A DNA stretch of 64,000 bases from Eledone cirrhosa (taxonomy: Eukaryota): positions 42,098,001 to 42,162,000 of the forward strand of contig OZ024751.1 of assembly GCA_964016885.1 (NCBI GenBank). Reading direction: 5' to 3'. Numbering within the stretch: position 1 is the first letter of the stretch; each line of letters starts with the position of its first letter. This document shows, in pieces, positions 25,483 to 37,102 of this stretch. The notes under the pieces were generated by a model that saw nothing but the letters and a program-made list of their open reading frames with translations, did no database searches and was not told where the DNA came from. A program made the position numbers and the translations under genes.

Positions 25483-28400
25483 TGGGCGGTGTATTGGCAT
25501 AGGCGGTGTATTGGCTAGGGTGGTGGATTGGCATAGGTGGTGTATTGGCATAGGGCGGTGTATTGGCATAGGGTGGTGTATTGGCTAGGGCGGTGTATTG
25601 GCATAGGGCGGTGGATTGGCATAGGTGGTGTATTGGCATAGGGCGGTGGATTGGCTAGGGCGGTGTATTGGCATAGGTGGTGTATTGGCTAGGGCGGTGT
25701 ATTGGCATAGGTGGTGTATTGGCATAGGTGGTGTATTGGCTAGGGTGGTGTATTGGCATAGGTGGTGTATTGGCATAGGGCGGTGGATTGGCATAGGGCG
25801 GTGTATTGGCTAGGGCGGTGTATTGGCTAGGGCGGTGTATTGGCATAGGTGGTGGATTGGCATAGGTGGTGTATTGGCATAGGGCGGTGGATTGGCTAGG
25901 GTGGTGGATTGGCATAGGTGGTGGATTGGCATAGGTGGTGTATTGGCATAGGGCGGTGGATTGGCTAGGGCGGTGGATTGGCTAGGGCGGTGTATTGGCT
26001 AGGGCGGTGTATTGGCTAGGGCGGTGTATTGGCATAGGTGGTGGATTGGCTAGGGTGGTGGATTGGCATAGGGCGGTGTATTGGCATAGGCGGTGTATTG
26101 GCTAGGGTGGTGGATTGGCATAGGGCGGTGTATTGGCATAGGTGGTGTATTGGCATAGGTGGTGGATTGGCTAGGGTGGTGGATTGGCATAGGGCGGTGT
26201 ATTGGCTAGGGCGGTGTATTGGCTAGGGCGGTGTATTGGCATAGGTGGTGGATTGGCATAGGGCGGTGTATTGGCATAGGTGGTGTATTGGCATAGGCGG
26301 TGTATTGGCTAGGGTGGTGTATTGGCATAGGTGGTGGATTGGCATAGGTGGTGTATTGGCATAGGGCGGTGTATTGGCTAGGGTGGTGTATTGGCATAGG
26401 TGGTGGATTGGCATAGGTGGTGTATTGGCATAGGTGGTGTATTGGCATAGGGCGGTGTATTGGCTAGGGCGGTGTATTGGCTAGGGTGGTGTATTGGCAT
26501 AGGTGGTGGATTGGCATAGGTGGTGTATTGGCATAGGGCGGTGTATTGGCTAGGGCGGTGTATTGGCTAGGGCGGTGTATTGGCATAGGTGGTGGATTGG
26601 CATAGGTGGTGTATTGGCATAGGGCGGTGTATTGGCTAGGGTGGTGTATTGGCATAGGTGGTGGATTGGCATAGGTGGTGTATTGGCATAGGTGGTGTAT
26701 TGGCATAGGGCGGTGTATTGGCTAGGGCGGTGTATTGGCTAGGGTGGTGTATTGGCATAGGTGGTGGATTGGCATAGGTGGTGTATTGGCATAGGGCGGT
26801 GTATTGGCTAGGGTGGTGTATTGGCATAGGTGGTGGATTGGCATAGGTGGTGTATTGGCATAGGTGGTGTATTGGCATAGGGCGGTGTATTGGCTAGGGC
26901 GGTGTATTGGCTAGGGTGGTGTATTGGCATAGGTGGTGGATTGGCATAGGTGGTGTATTGGCATAGGGCGGTGTATTGGCTAGGGCGGTGTATTGGCTAG
27001 GGCGGTGTATTGGCATAGGTGGTGGATTGGCATAGGTGGTGTATTGGCTAGGGCGGTGTATTGGCATAGGTGGTGTATTGGCATAGGCGGTGTATTGGCT
27101 AGGGTGGTGTATTGGCATAGGTGGTGTATTGGCATAGGTGGTGTATTGGCATAGGCGGTGTATTGGCTAGGGTGGTGTATTGGCATAGGTGGTGTATTGG
27201 CATAGGTGGTGTATTGGCATAGGCGGTGTATTGGCTAGGGTGGTGGATTGGCATAGGGCGGTGTATTGGCTAGGGCGGTGTATTGGCTAGGGTGGTGGAT
27301 TGGCATAGGGTGGTGTATTGGCTAGGGTGGTGGATTGGCATAGGGTGGTGTATTGGCTAGGGTGGTGGATTGGCATAGGGTGGTGTATTGGCTAGGGTGG
27401 TGTATTGGCTAGGGCGGTGTATTGGCATAGGGTGGTGTATTGGCTAGGGTGGTGGATTGGCATAGGGCGGTGTATTGGCTAGGGTGGTGGATTGGCATAG
27501 GGTGGTGTATTGGCTAGGGTGGTGGATTGGCATAGGGCGGTGTATTGGCTAGGGCGGTGTATTGGCTAGGGTGGTGGATTGGCATAGGGTGGTGTATTGG
27601 CTAGGGTGGTGGATTGGCATAGGGTGGTGTATTGGCTAGGGTGGTGTATTGGCTAGGGTGGTGGATTGGCATAGGGTGGTGTATTGGCTAGGGTGGTGTA
27701 TTGGCTAGGGTGGTGTATTGGCTAGGGCGGTGTATTGGCTAGGGCGGTGTATTGGCTAGGGCGGTGTATTGGCTAGGGTGGTGGATTGGCATAGGGCGGT
27801 GTATTGGCTAGGGTGGTGGATTGGCATAGGGTGGTGTATTGGCTAGGGTGGTGGATTGGCATAGGGCGGTGTATTGGCTAGGGCGGTGTATTGGCTAGGG
27901 TGGTGGATTGGCATAGGGTGGTGTATTGGCTAGGGTGGTGGATTGGCATAGGGTGGTGTATTGGCTAGGGTGGTGGATTGGCATAGGGTGGTGTATTGGC
28001 TAGGGTGGTGGATTGGCATAGGGTGGTGGATTGGCATAGGGCGGTGTATTGGCTAGGGTGGTGGATTGGCATAGGGTGGTGTATTGGCTAGGGCGGTGTA
28101 TTGGCTAGGGCGGTGTATTGGCTAGGGCGGTGTATTGGCATAGGGCGGTGTATTGGCTAGGGCGGTGTATTGGCTAGGGCGGTGTATTGGCATAGGTGGT
28201 GTATTGGCTAGGGCGGTGTATTGGCTAGGGCGGTGTATTGGCTAGGGCGGTGTATTGGCTAGGGCGGTGTATTGGCTAGGGTGGTGTATTGGCATAGGTG
28301 GTGTATTGGCTAGGGCGGTGTATTGGCTAGGGTGGTGTATTGGCATAGGGCGGTGTATTGGTTAGGGTGGTGTATTGGCTAGGGCGGTGTATTGGCTAGG

Positions 28401-28790
28401 GCGGTGTATTGGCTAGGGTGGTGTATTGGCATAGGTGGTGTATTGGCTAGGGCGGTGTATTGGCTAGGGTGGTGTATTGGCTAGGGTGGTGTATTGGCAT
28501 AGGGCGGTGTATTGGCTAGGGCGGTGTATTGGCTAGGGTGGTGTATTGGCTAGGGCGGTGTATTGGCTAGGGCGGTGTATTGGCTAGGGCGGTGTATTGG
28601 CATAGGGTGGTGTATTGGCTAGGGTGGTGTATTGGCTAGGGCGGTGTATTGGCATAGGTGGTGTATTGGCTAGGGCGGTGTATTGGCATAGGGCGGTGTA
28701 TTGGCTAGGGTGGTGTATTGGCTAGGGCGGTGTATTGGCTAGGGCGGTGTATTGGCTAGGGCGGTGTATTGGCTAGGGCGGTGTATTGGC
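25483..28790. repeat. ~3.3-kb G-rich 21/22-bp minisatellite (GGYGGTGKATTGGC(A)TAG(G))n
   Basis: Roughly 150 directly visible units. Confidence 0.97.
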
Positions 28791-28829
28791 CGTATCGGTG
28801 GAGGGATTTTTTAATATCTGCACCCTTAA

Positions 28830-29124
28830 CCCTTTAACATTTAAACCAGCCATATCCGGCCAGAATACCCTCATCTCTTTCTGTTCAAACCAGCCATAAC
28901 TGGTATTGTTTTCAATAAGGTATTGTTTTCAATAAGGTATTGTTTTCAATAAGGTATTGTTTTCAATAAGGTATTGTTTTCAATAAGGTATTGTTTTCAA
29001 TAAGGTATTGTTTTCAAAATAAATATCAAAATTTCATGGATTCGATATCATGTGAGATATTTGTCAGGTAAAGGCTTAACTGTGAAAATACAGTAATAAA
29101 TATAGTAATGTAAATGCTAAAGGG
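28830..29124 (+). mobile_element. MITE family 1 with internal 17-bp tandem repeat
   Basis: TTAA on both sides, TIRs intact, (GGTATTGTTTTCAATAA)n at ~28902-29018. Confidence 0.85.
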
Positions 29125-29992
29125 TTAAATATTATTTTACCTTTTTTCATAAATACATGGGTAAGATGAATGAATGGTTCACACCTGCTGCTGCTTTCTT
29201 TTCTTCTCCTTTCCCTTCTCTCCCTTCTTCTCTTTCTTCTTTTTTTTTCTCTTTCACTTCTTCTCCTGTGCTTCTTTTCTTCTTTCACTTCTCCTGTGTT
29301 GCTTCTTCTCTTCTTTCACTTCTTCTCCTGTGTGTCTTCTCCTCCTTCTCTTTTTCTTGGGTGTGTTGTAGGGGCAGAGTCCTCACACACACCTATCAGA
29401 AGCAATCACCTTCAAATGTTCCAGCTGGTCTCATGCCAGTTGGCTTTGCTCATAAAATCTGTCCAGTGATTCTTTCCTTAGCACTATGACTGAATCATGT
29501 TAAAAATAAAAGATCTTTACTTTAATACTGTAAAAACACTTCCACAATTATCTGTCCACTAGTAAAGATACTATAAACATTTGAATTAACAAACCCATTT
29601 TAAGACATTGTCTGCTAAGATGTTGAGAGTCAACTCTTAATGTCCTGTACCACCCGAAACCACATTAGCAAGACATTCTTGAAATGTACAAAAAACATGT
29701 CAAGAGTTAATTCAAAATGATGATCATATGTTAACAAAAATATGACAATATCATTTACAAAACATTAAAAGATACATGTAATTTATCCTTGTTCCAGTTG
29801 TTGTTTCACAATATTTATAGTAAGAACAGCTGCAAGTTCTGATTAAAGCTAACCTCTTGCTCCCACTCAGACCCTCCCTCCTCATTCATTCACTCACTCA
29901 CAATTTGTTGTTTGACACACTTCTGCTGCCACCCTAGCTCCTTGATGTCACAGCAAACAAAAACACTAAGCTCAGTTCATTACAGTATGTAG

Positions 29993-30023
<31 letters not shown>

Positions 30024-30249
30024 GCGAAGGAAATGTGGTAAGGAACCAGGTGGGCCATAACGCACCAAAGTACTCAATACTTAGGGTAGTAGAGTGGGTA
30101 ATAGCAATGAGTAGGACCTCGACGGCTGAGCTCAAGCCGTTTCGACGGCTAATTCTGGACTAAATCTAGACTAATTCTGACTAATTTTAGTCCAGAATTA
30201 GCCGTTGAAACGGCTTGAGCTCAGCCGTCGGGGTCCTACTCGTTCCTAT
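30024..30249. mobile_element. TA-embedded fold-back element with hammerhead 3' half
   Basis: Arms ~30101-30164 and ~30186-30249; the right arm reads hairpin-GAAAC-GGCTT-GAGCT-CAGCC-GTC. Confidence 0.7.
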
Positions 30250-30263
30250 ATATATATATATAT

Positions 30264-30637
30264 ACATGGCTTAGTAGTTAGAGCATTGGCCTTGCAATCG
30301 AAAGGTTGTGAGTTCAATTCTCGGACCGAGTGATGTATTGTTTCCTTGAGCAAGACACTTTATTTCACATTGCTCCAGTTTACTCAGCTGTAGAAATGAG
30401 ATGATAGGACTGGGGTCCCTATCATTCCACTGCAAAGTGGTCGTGGAGGTGCCACGGCAAAAAAGCACCCAGCACACTGCAAAGTGGTCGTGGAGGTGCC
30501 ACAGCAAAAAAGCACCCAGCACTCACTGTAAATGAGGTCGGTGTTAGGAAGAGCATCCAGCTGTAGAAATCAAGCCAGAATCAGTTCCCGTCCCACCCTT
30601 GCAAGCAGGGAAAAGCAGACATAAAATGATGATGATG
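30264..30637 (+). mobile_element. SINE family B with internal ~48-bp duplication
   Basis: Homologous to 24244; CACTGCAAAGTGGTCGTGGAGGTGCCAC is present twice; begins at (TA)n. Confidence 0.9.
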
Positions 30638-30829
30638 GAATTTGTAGTTTACTTGAATCATTGTATATGGTATAAAGAATTTGAAGTTTGAAAGCCACGA
30701 CAATGCGGGTTTGGGCAGAAAATAATTATATCGTAAGAAACAGGGGTTGTTTTTTTTTACCTTAATTTATTCAGATGTCCTGATATTTCGAGATTAATAT
30801 CTCTTCTTCTGAGGAAAATAAAGGAACTA

Positions 30830-31550
30830 TTCCAGTGTCGGATGCAGCTTGCTGGGTATGGATTCAAGTGATTCAATGTTCTGAGGAGAAAGGACTTGGC
30901 TAGGGATGGCCTATGGCTGGAGTAGACACAGTAATAGGAATGGCTGAAAGGCAGAAGAGATGGGTCAGTGAGGAGTGAGTGTATGGATGTAGCCTCATAC
31001 CACAATACCAACCAGTTATAGGGAGTAGGGGTCATTGTAGTGGCAGTAATAATGACAGAGAGGAGACAGTGACACAATGTGTCTGTGGTTGGAGTTTGTT
31101 TTAGTGAGCATGTTTATGTCAATGAGTTGAGTAACTCTTCTTTGGCTGTCTGTTTATGTAGCAACAACACCACTCCAGATATGGGCACTGCTGCATTGTG
31201 GGTCACACGCACCTAGCCTTTGTAGAAGGTTGGTAGTAGGAAGTGGGGCTAGTTTCTGTCTTTGAAGAAGTTCAGTCTTTGTTATGTTGAAGATACCCAT
31301 TAAACGCACATGTAATGTGCGTTTAATGGGTTTGACAACCTCTCTAGTGCTGGTGTCATCATAAAATACACTCGGTAGGGTGTGGGAATCTATGTAAGCA
31401 AGATGCAGGGCCTGATCCATCTAAACACTCAGTAGAAGGGAGATGCAAGCCCTGCCACCCTTCTCTCCCTTCGTGGCTCAGCCTGTCTGAGAGGTCAGTA
31501 GCTTAGCTCCACTTAAGTTTTGTTTCAGTCTGTGACAACCTGTCCAAACC
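30830..31550 (-). mobile_element. Highly decayed LINE C-terminal fragment
   Basis: Minus-strand SHSYYCV...SFLLRTLNHLN resembles the SHP..V...SFFPRT...WN tail of CR1/L2-group ORF2; many stops. Confidence 0.35.
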
Positions 31551-31709
31551 TTTGCAAAGCAGAGAAAATGGTTAAAAGATGATGATGGTGGTGGTGGTGG
31601 CAATTATAGTGGTGGTGGTGATGAAATATGCGCTCACATTTCAATGTTATATATTTTCCTTCTTCATTCCTTCTTTTCTCTTTTTCTCTTTTTCTCTTTG
31701 TCTTTGCAG

Positions 31710-31895
31710 GAAGAATTGAGTAGTGATTCTTCAGAAGCCACCCCAGTCGTATCACAGCCAACTGCTCTGGGACACCCTGCCGAAGGTCAGGGAGCTGATG
31801 AAGCTACCGGAAATGTGACAGAAACAACAATTTTAAGTCAAGACACCAAACCAAACTACGGTGCTGATGGTGCAATTCCTTTGCCAGAATCATAA
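31710..31895 (+). CDS. Probable terminal coding exon of an unidentified gene (acidic, disordered C-tail ending ...TKPNYGADGAIPLPES*)
   Basis: Long polypyrimidine tract ending TTTGCAG, phase-0 open frame with protein-like composition, ends in TAA. Confidence 0.6.
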   Translation, partial: EELSSDSSEATPVVSQPTALGHPAEGQGADEATGNVTETTILSQDTKPNYGADGAIPLPES

Positions 31896-32190
31896 AATAT
31901 CTTTGCCTAAAATTGCATGTAGGTGCCTCCCCTCCCCCCTTGGTCCTTGTAGAAAGTGTGGTAAATGGTGGCGTGATGAACAACATGCCTATGCTTTTGA
32001 TGAACGGTGTCTCATTTCATTGAGAAATTCTTTCAAACTTCTAATATAGATTGTTTGGTCCGTTTATAGTTTTCCTCTATCATTCGCTCACCCCCCACGC
32101 CCCACCCTCCTTTTTTTTATTTTTATTTTTTATTATTTTACTAACAGATCCATTTTTTTTCTCAACTTCTTCAAGTTATCGTAGCCTTTA

Positions 32191-32222
<32 letters not shown>

Positions 32223-32257
32223 GTAGTAGTAGGGTAGGGGATTGGTTGACTTGGTAT

Positions 32258-33179
32258 CGGTGGATTGGCAGTAATTGGTAGAGCGTCAGACACCATGCTT
32301 TACAGCATAGAGTTATGGCCCTTTGCGTTCTGAGTTCAAATCCCACCGAAGTTAGCTTTGCCTTTCATCCTTACAGGGTCGATAAAATAAAGCACCAGTA
32401 ATACACTGGGGTCGATTTAATCGACTTTTCTCTCTTCCCCCAAAATTGCTGGCCTTGTGCCTATATAAGAAACCATTATTATTATTGTTGTAGGGGATTG
32501 GTTGACTTGATATAAGTAAATTGGCAGTAATTGGTAGAGCATCAAACAATATGCTTTGTGGCATATAGTTACGGCCCTTTACGTTCTGTGTTTAAATCCC
32601 GCCTAGGTTAGCTTTGCCATTCATCCTTACGGAGTTGATGAAATAAAGTACCAGTCACACACTGGGGGTGATTTAATCGACTTAGCCTCCTCCCTCCACA
32701 AATTGTTGGCCTTGTTCCTAAATCAGAAACCATTGTTGTTGTTGTTGTTGTTGTAGGGTGGGAGATTGGTTGAATTGGTAGAGCATCGGATAAAATACTA
32801 TTGTGGTATTTGATCTGGTTCTTTACATTCTCAGTTCAAATCCTGCCGAGGTCAACTTTGCCTTTCATCCTTCCAAGGTCGATAAAATAAAGTACCAGCG
32901 AAGGACTGAAGCCCGATATAATAGGCTTCCCCCTCTCCCCTCTCTCCATAAATCATTGGCCATGTGCCTAAAGTAGAAACCATTTATTTCGTGGGTCGGC
33001 AGTAATCAGTAGAGCATCAGGCAAAATGCTTTGTGGCATATAGATGCGGGCCCATATGTTCTGCTTTGCCTTTCATCCTTACAGGGCCGATAAAATAAAG
33101 TACCAGTAACAGACTGGCGTCAATTTAATCGACTTTCCTCTTCCCTTCAAATTGCTGGCCTTGTGCCTAAATCTAGAAA

Positions 33180-33215
<36 letters not shown>
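32258..33215 (+). mobile_element. Four head-to-tail SINE family A copies
   Basis: The head-body-tail unit repeats four times, separated by (ATT)n/(GTT)n tails. Confidence 0.85.
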
Positions 33216-33217
<2 letters not shown>

Positions 33218-35097
33218 TCTTTTGAATGGATATTTTTGGGGTTATTTTCTTGCAAACTTAATAGTGTTCTCCCCCTCTCCTCTCCCCATCTGCCATCCTT
33301 TTAACATTACTTTCTCAATGGTATTTAATTTCTTTAGTACAAGGCATGTTAAAACCAGGCTTACACTAAAGACAAAATCAAATAATGATGGATTTTTTCA
33401 GGAGTTCCAGGAGCCATCCTCTTCTACACACATTTCAAATATTATTACCTTTCCCCTCTTAGCTGTAGTGACTTCATTTGCTCTCTTAGCAGAAATATTT
33501 CTAATATATCTACTTTACTTACTAGATGCTCCTTGTCTTTTCAGTTTGTATTTTTAACATTATGCTTTTTTAAGTGAAGGCACGTGGCTTACTCGTTAGA
33601 GAATTGAATTGGCAAGCATCGTGAGGTTGCGAATTTGGTTCCCTGACCAGGCAATGCGTTATGTCCTTGAGCAAGACACTTTATTTCGCATTGCTCTTTC
33701 TGCCAGGAGTTGTGACCGGTAAATAGTATATCGGCAATAGAAAGACCAATGGAGACATTGTTTCCTTGATTGGTCTGATTTGGCAAGTTCCATCCCCAGC
33801 GAATGAGGTCTGAGATTTTGTCAGTCAAATTCTATGCTTTTTAATCATTAACATTTTTTTAATTTCATTTTTTTTAAGGGATTTGTTTTATCATTGTACT
33901 AATAAAAATTTGATTTTAATGGTGGGGAGTATATATATATGACTGTGTGTTTGTTTAATTCTATTTACCACAAACTGTTTCCAATGTCTGTGACTCTGAA
34001 TGATTGTGCTACCCATAACCATATATGGTAGTAGTGTAATGTAATTCAGTTAAGGTCCAGTTTTGACAGCACAATATATCCTGCTGAATACTGTATCTCT
34101 CTCTCTCTAAATCCCACCACCACCACCACCACCTATTAACTCTCTTTACCCCCCCCCCCCTCTCCTCCCCAAGATTAACTCTCTCTCTACTTTACAATAA
34201 AAAATAAAGAATACTCTTTTCATAACAATATAATAATTCTAAATATTTAAAGGAAACTATTAAAAATAGAAACATTCCAAATTTTATAGCTATCTATTCA
34301 TTGTGCTTTGTCCGTTCATACATATGGTGTGTGTTCTCTATTGAAATAGCTCTTGGCAATGTTGGAGAAATAAATAAAACAAAATATAACAATAAATGTA
34401 TATAAAGTTAGTAATGTGTATAATTTCTTTTTTCGGTTTTTCATATTTTTTTTTTTTTTTTTTTAAATTTAAATTTAATTTTAATTTTCATTTTAAAATA
34501 ATTTCGTTTATTTCTCTCGCTTAAAAAAAAAATTACAGTATTTCTATCTCATTTTATTCGCCACTACTAAAATTGTAGGATCTTTCTTTTTATTTTTCGC
34601 CTTCTCCATGGTGTCACACACAGAATTCATATGTCTCCTAAGTTGGATTAAATTTAAATCAGAAAAATGTCTTAATTTTTTGCTTTTTTATTATGGTCGT
34701 TTTTCTCTGATTTCTTTTTTCTTTTTTTCTCTTTTTTTTTTAAATAACAAATTCTCATTATAGATATGTCTTTGTCTCTTCCAAAGCTAAAACAATGAAC
34801 GAAAAAAATATGCTTGACAATTCTTAGTAATCATAGAAATTATATAATACAAATGGCTGCTGCAGCCTGATGATGTTCATCACTCTCATACAAGTAATTG
34901 GAACAGGTGGATTGTTGTTTTACTGAGAGGGAGGGCTGGGGGTTATGGTTTTGAAGGATGTATTTGGATTTAATTTATGACTTCTGTGATATGTTTCGGT
35001 GGGTGGGGTTGATAATAGGATTTTTATTTGCATTGGCTTGACTTTGTGAATAGCATTGCTTAGATTTGTTACATGCTAGATAAGGCATATGTGGTCC

Positions 35098-35135
<38 letters not shown>

Positions 35136-35136
<1 letters not shown>

Positions 35137-35520
35137 AATAAAATAAAAAAAGGACGAGTGGTTACTCCTTCATTTTGTTTATTGGTTGGGGACGCGCGTT
35201 TCGCTATTGATCAGCTCGTTTGATCTGTATCGATCTAGCCTGACTCTGTAATCAATGGCTCGTCAGACCTCTGTGGTTGTAATGACAGAATGAATATACA
35301 TGGCGTACAGAGTCAGGCTAGATCGATATAGATCGAACTTTCAGCTAATCAATAGCGAAACAGGTCACCAACCAATAAACGTAATGAAGGAGTAACCACT
35401 CGTCTTTGTTTTATTTTATTATACTACACTCTGTCTAGCTCTACGCCTCGATACCGACGTGACCCTAAACATCGAGTGTTCACCCGGATGAACTTACAGT
35501 AACCCAGAGTTACACTCCCT

Positions 35521-35522
<2 letters not shown>
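35136..35522 (+). mobile_element. TA-embedded inverted-arm + tail element with hammerhead (family shared with 42670-43046 and 38725-38857)
   Basis: Arms ~35136-35250 and ~35306-35421, then a ~100-bp tail ending GTTACACTCCCTG-(TA)n. Confidence 0.85.
35188..35269 (-). ncRNA. Putative type I hammerhead ribozyme
   Basis: Minus strand: GGT-CTGACGA-GCCATTGAT...ATCAATAGC-GAA-ACGCGCGT-C-CCC; palindromic stem III and GUC site. Confidence 0.75.
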
Positions 35523-35562
<40 letters not shown>

Positions 35563-36885
35563 ATATATATATGGAGTTTTTGGTTTTCTTATAAAACCAA
35601 AGTTCAAAAAGACAAGATCAAATAGAATATTATTTAATAGTGTCAGCAAAAGGCCTTGTGGTATTTGTTCAGAGCTTTTATGTTCAAATCCAGCTGAAGT
35701 CCACTTCACCTTTCATCATTCCAGGGTCAATAAAATAAAATACCAGTCATATTCTGGGGTTGATTTAATCAACTTTGTCCTTCCTTCTCCTAAATCATGG
35801 CCTTCAGCTTATGTTGGAAACAAGTATTTTTAAATATGGAATAACAAGAATGGTGGAAGGATGAATTAAATGTCTTTGCCCTTTAGTTTAAATCCATCTG
35901 GGGTTGATAAACTAAGGACTGTGTTTAATTTACCCTTTTTGTGTACCATATTTTGCCTACTCTCAGGTCCCAAATAATAGGGGGGAGGGTGATTATTCAA
36001 GACCTGAGAGTACTTGTATCAATTAATTTTGTAAATTTGAAGAATGTAATGAGATAGCTCAGCTTTTCATTAGTAAGCTGTTATTTAAAATATTACTTAG
36101 CAAAAATTTCTTAAATAAAATCATGATGGAAAGGTTTTGATATAAATATGAACATTTTGAAATGACCAGTTTTTTGTAATAAAACCAGTCGGCTTTTCAG
36201 GCAGGTTGGTATTAAAAGGGTTAAAGTAATTATGGTTATCCACAAAAATGTGGTTTTCTGCCTGTTAGCATCATTATCATCTTTTATTTATTTGAAGAAT
36301 TTCAACAATGCTTTTTATCTCAATACAAAACTATACTCAAATATACTCACACACATTGAATTTTAACCCTTTCGTTACCAACCTGGCCAAAACCGGCTCC
36401 TTCTATGAAATAAAACAACCTATTTTAAAGGTTTCCAATTTAAAATAAAATCTTCCAACATAATTTTATATAAGAACCTTACATTAAGTTACTATCTTAG
36501 TAGTGAAATAATTTATAATTTTAGTAAATTCCTTGAAATTGTTCATTAATTAATTAAAATACAGTGTATTTCATTAGAAATACAGTCATGTTATGCCTCT
36601 TTCTTTGGGAAAAATACAGTTTTCCTTTTCCTAACATGAAACTAAAACAGTAAAATTTAAATTAGGATTAACAAATAATCTATGTAAATCTGTCATGAAG
36701 CTTTTCTTTCTTTTCTCCCTTTTTATTAAAATTCCAATTTTTATGATTTTTTTTTTTTTGTGTATATTTTAAAATTGCTTTACACATCACTTCCTCTGTT
36801 TCCTTCAAATTTGTGGGTAAATGTAAAACTCAGTATGATATTTGGTATGCATTTAGCTACTATAGTGTGAATTGGATGATAAATG

Positions 36886-37102
36886 TTAAAAATATAACAA
36901 TGATGTTGGGATGTTACCTTACAGTTTATAGGTTCTTATATTTCGGGGTAAAATCCCTTCATCAAGAGATTAATAAAAGAAACTAGTTCAGATATGTATA
37001 ATTATATTTTTTTGTTGCTCTTAAGCTGGGATTTTATTCTGAAATATAAGGATCTATAAAGAACTCCAAAGTAACACAGCAACATCATTGTTATATTTTT
37101 AA
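36886..37102. mobile_element. Degenerate fold-back element with hammerhead-like remnant
   Basis: TTAAAAATATAACAATGATGTTG/CAACATCATTGTTATATTTTTAA arms; minus strand TCT-CTTGATGA-AGGGATTTTACCCC-GAA-ATAT-A-AGA. Confidence 0.6.

Noticed and set aside
25585-27186. Many short Pro/His/Tyr-rich ORFs
   Set aside because: Translations of the 21/22-bp minisatellite.
29371-29490. Possible exon after a long pyrimidine-rich tract ending TGTAG
   Set aside because: The downstream sequence resembles the decayed LINE fragments at ~15170 and ~12310, and no clear donor is seen.
34867-34890. Isolated CTGATGA (also ~4944, ~15397, ~41567)
   Set aside because: No suitably placed GAAA, stem III or stem I, so not called as hammerheads.
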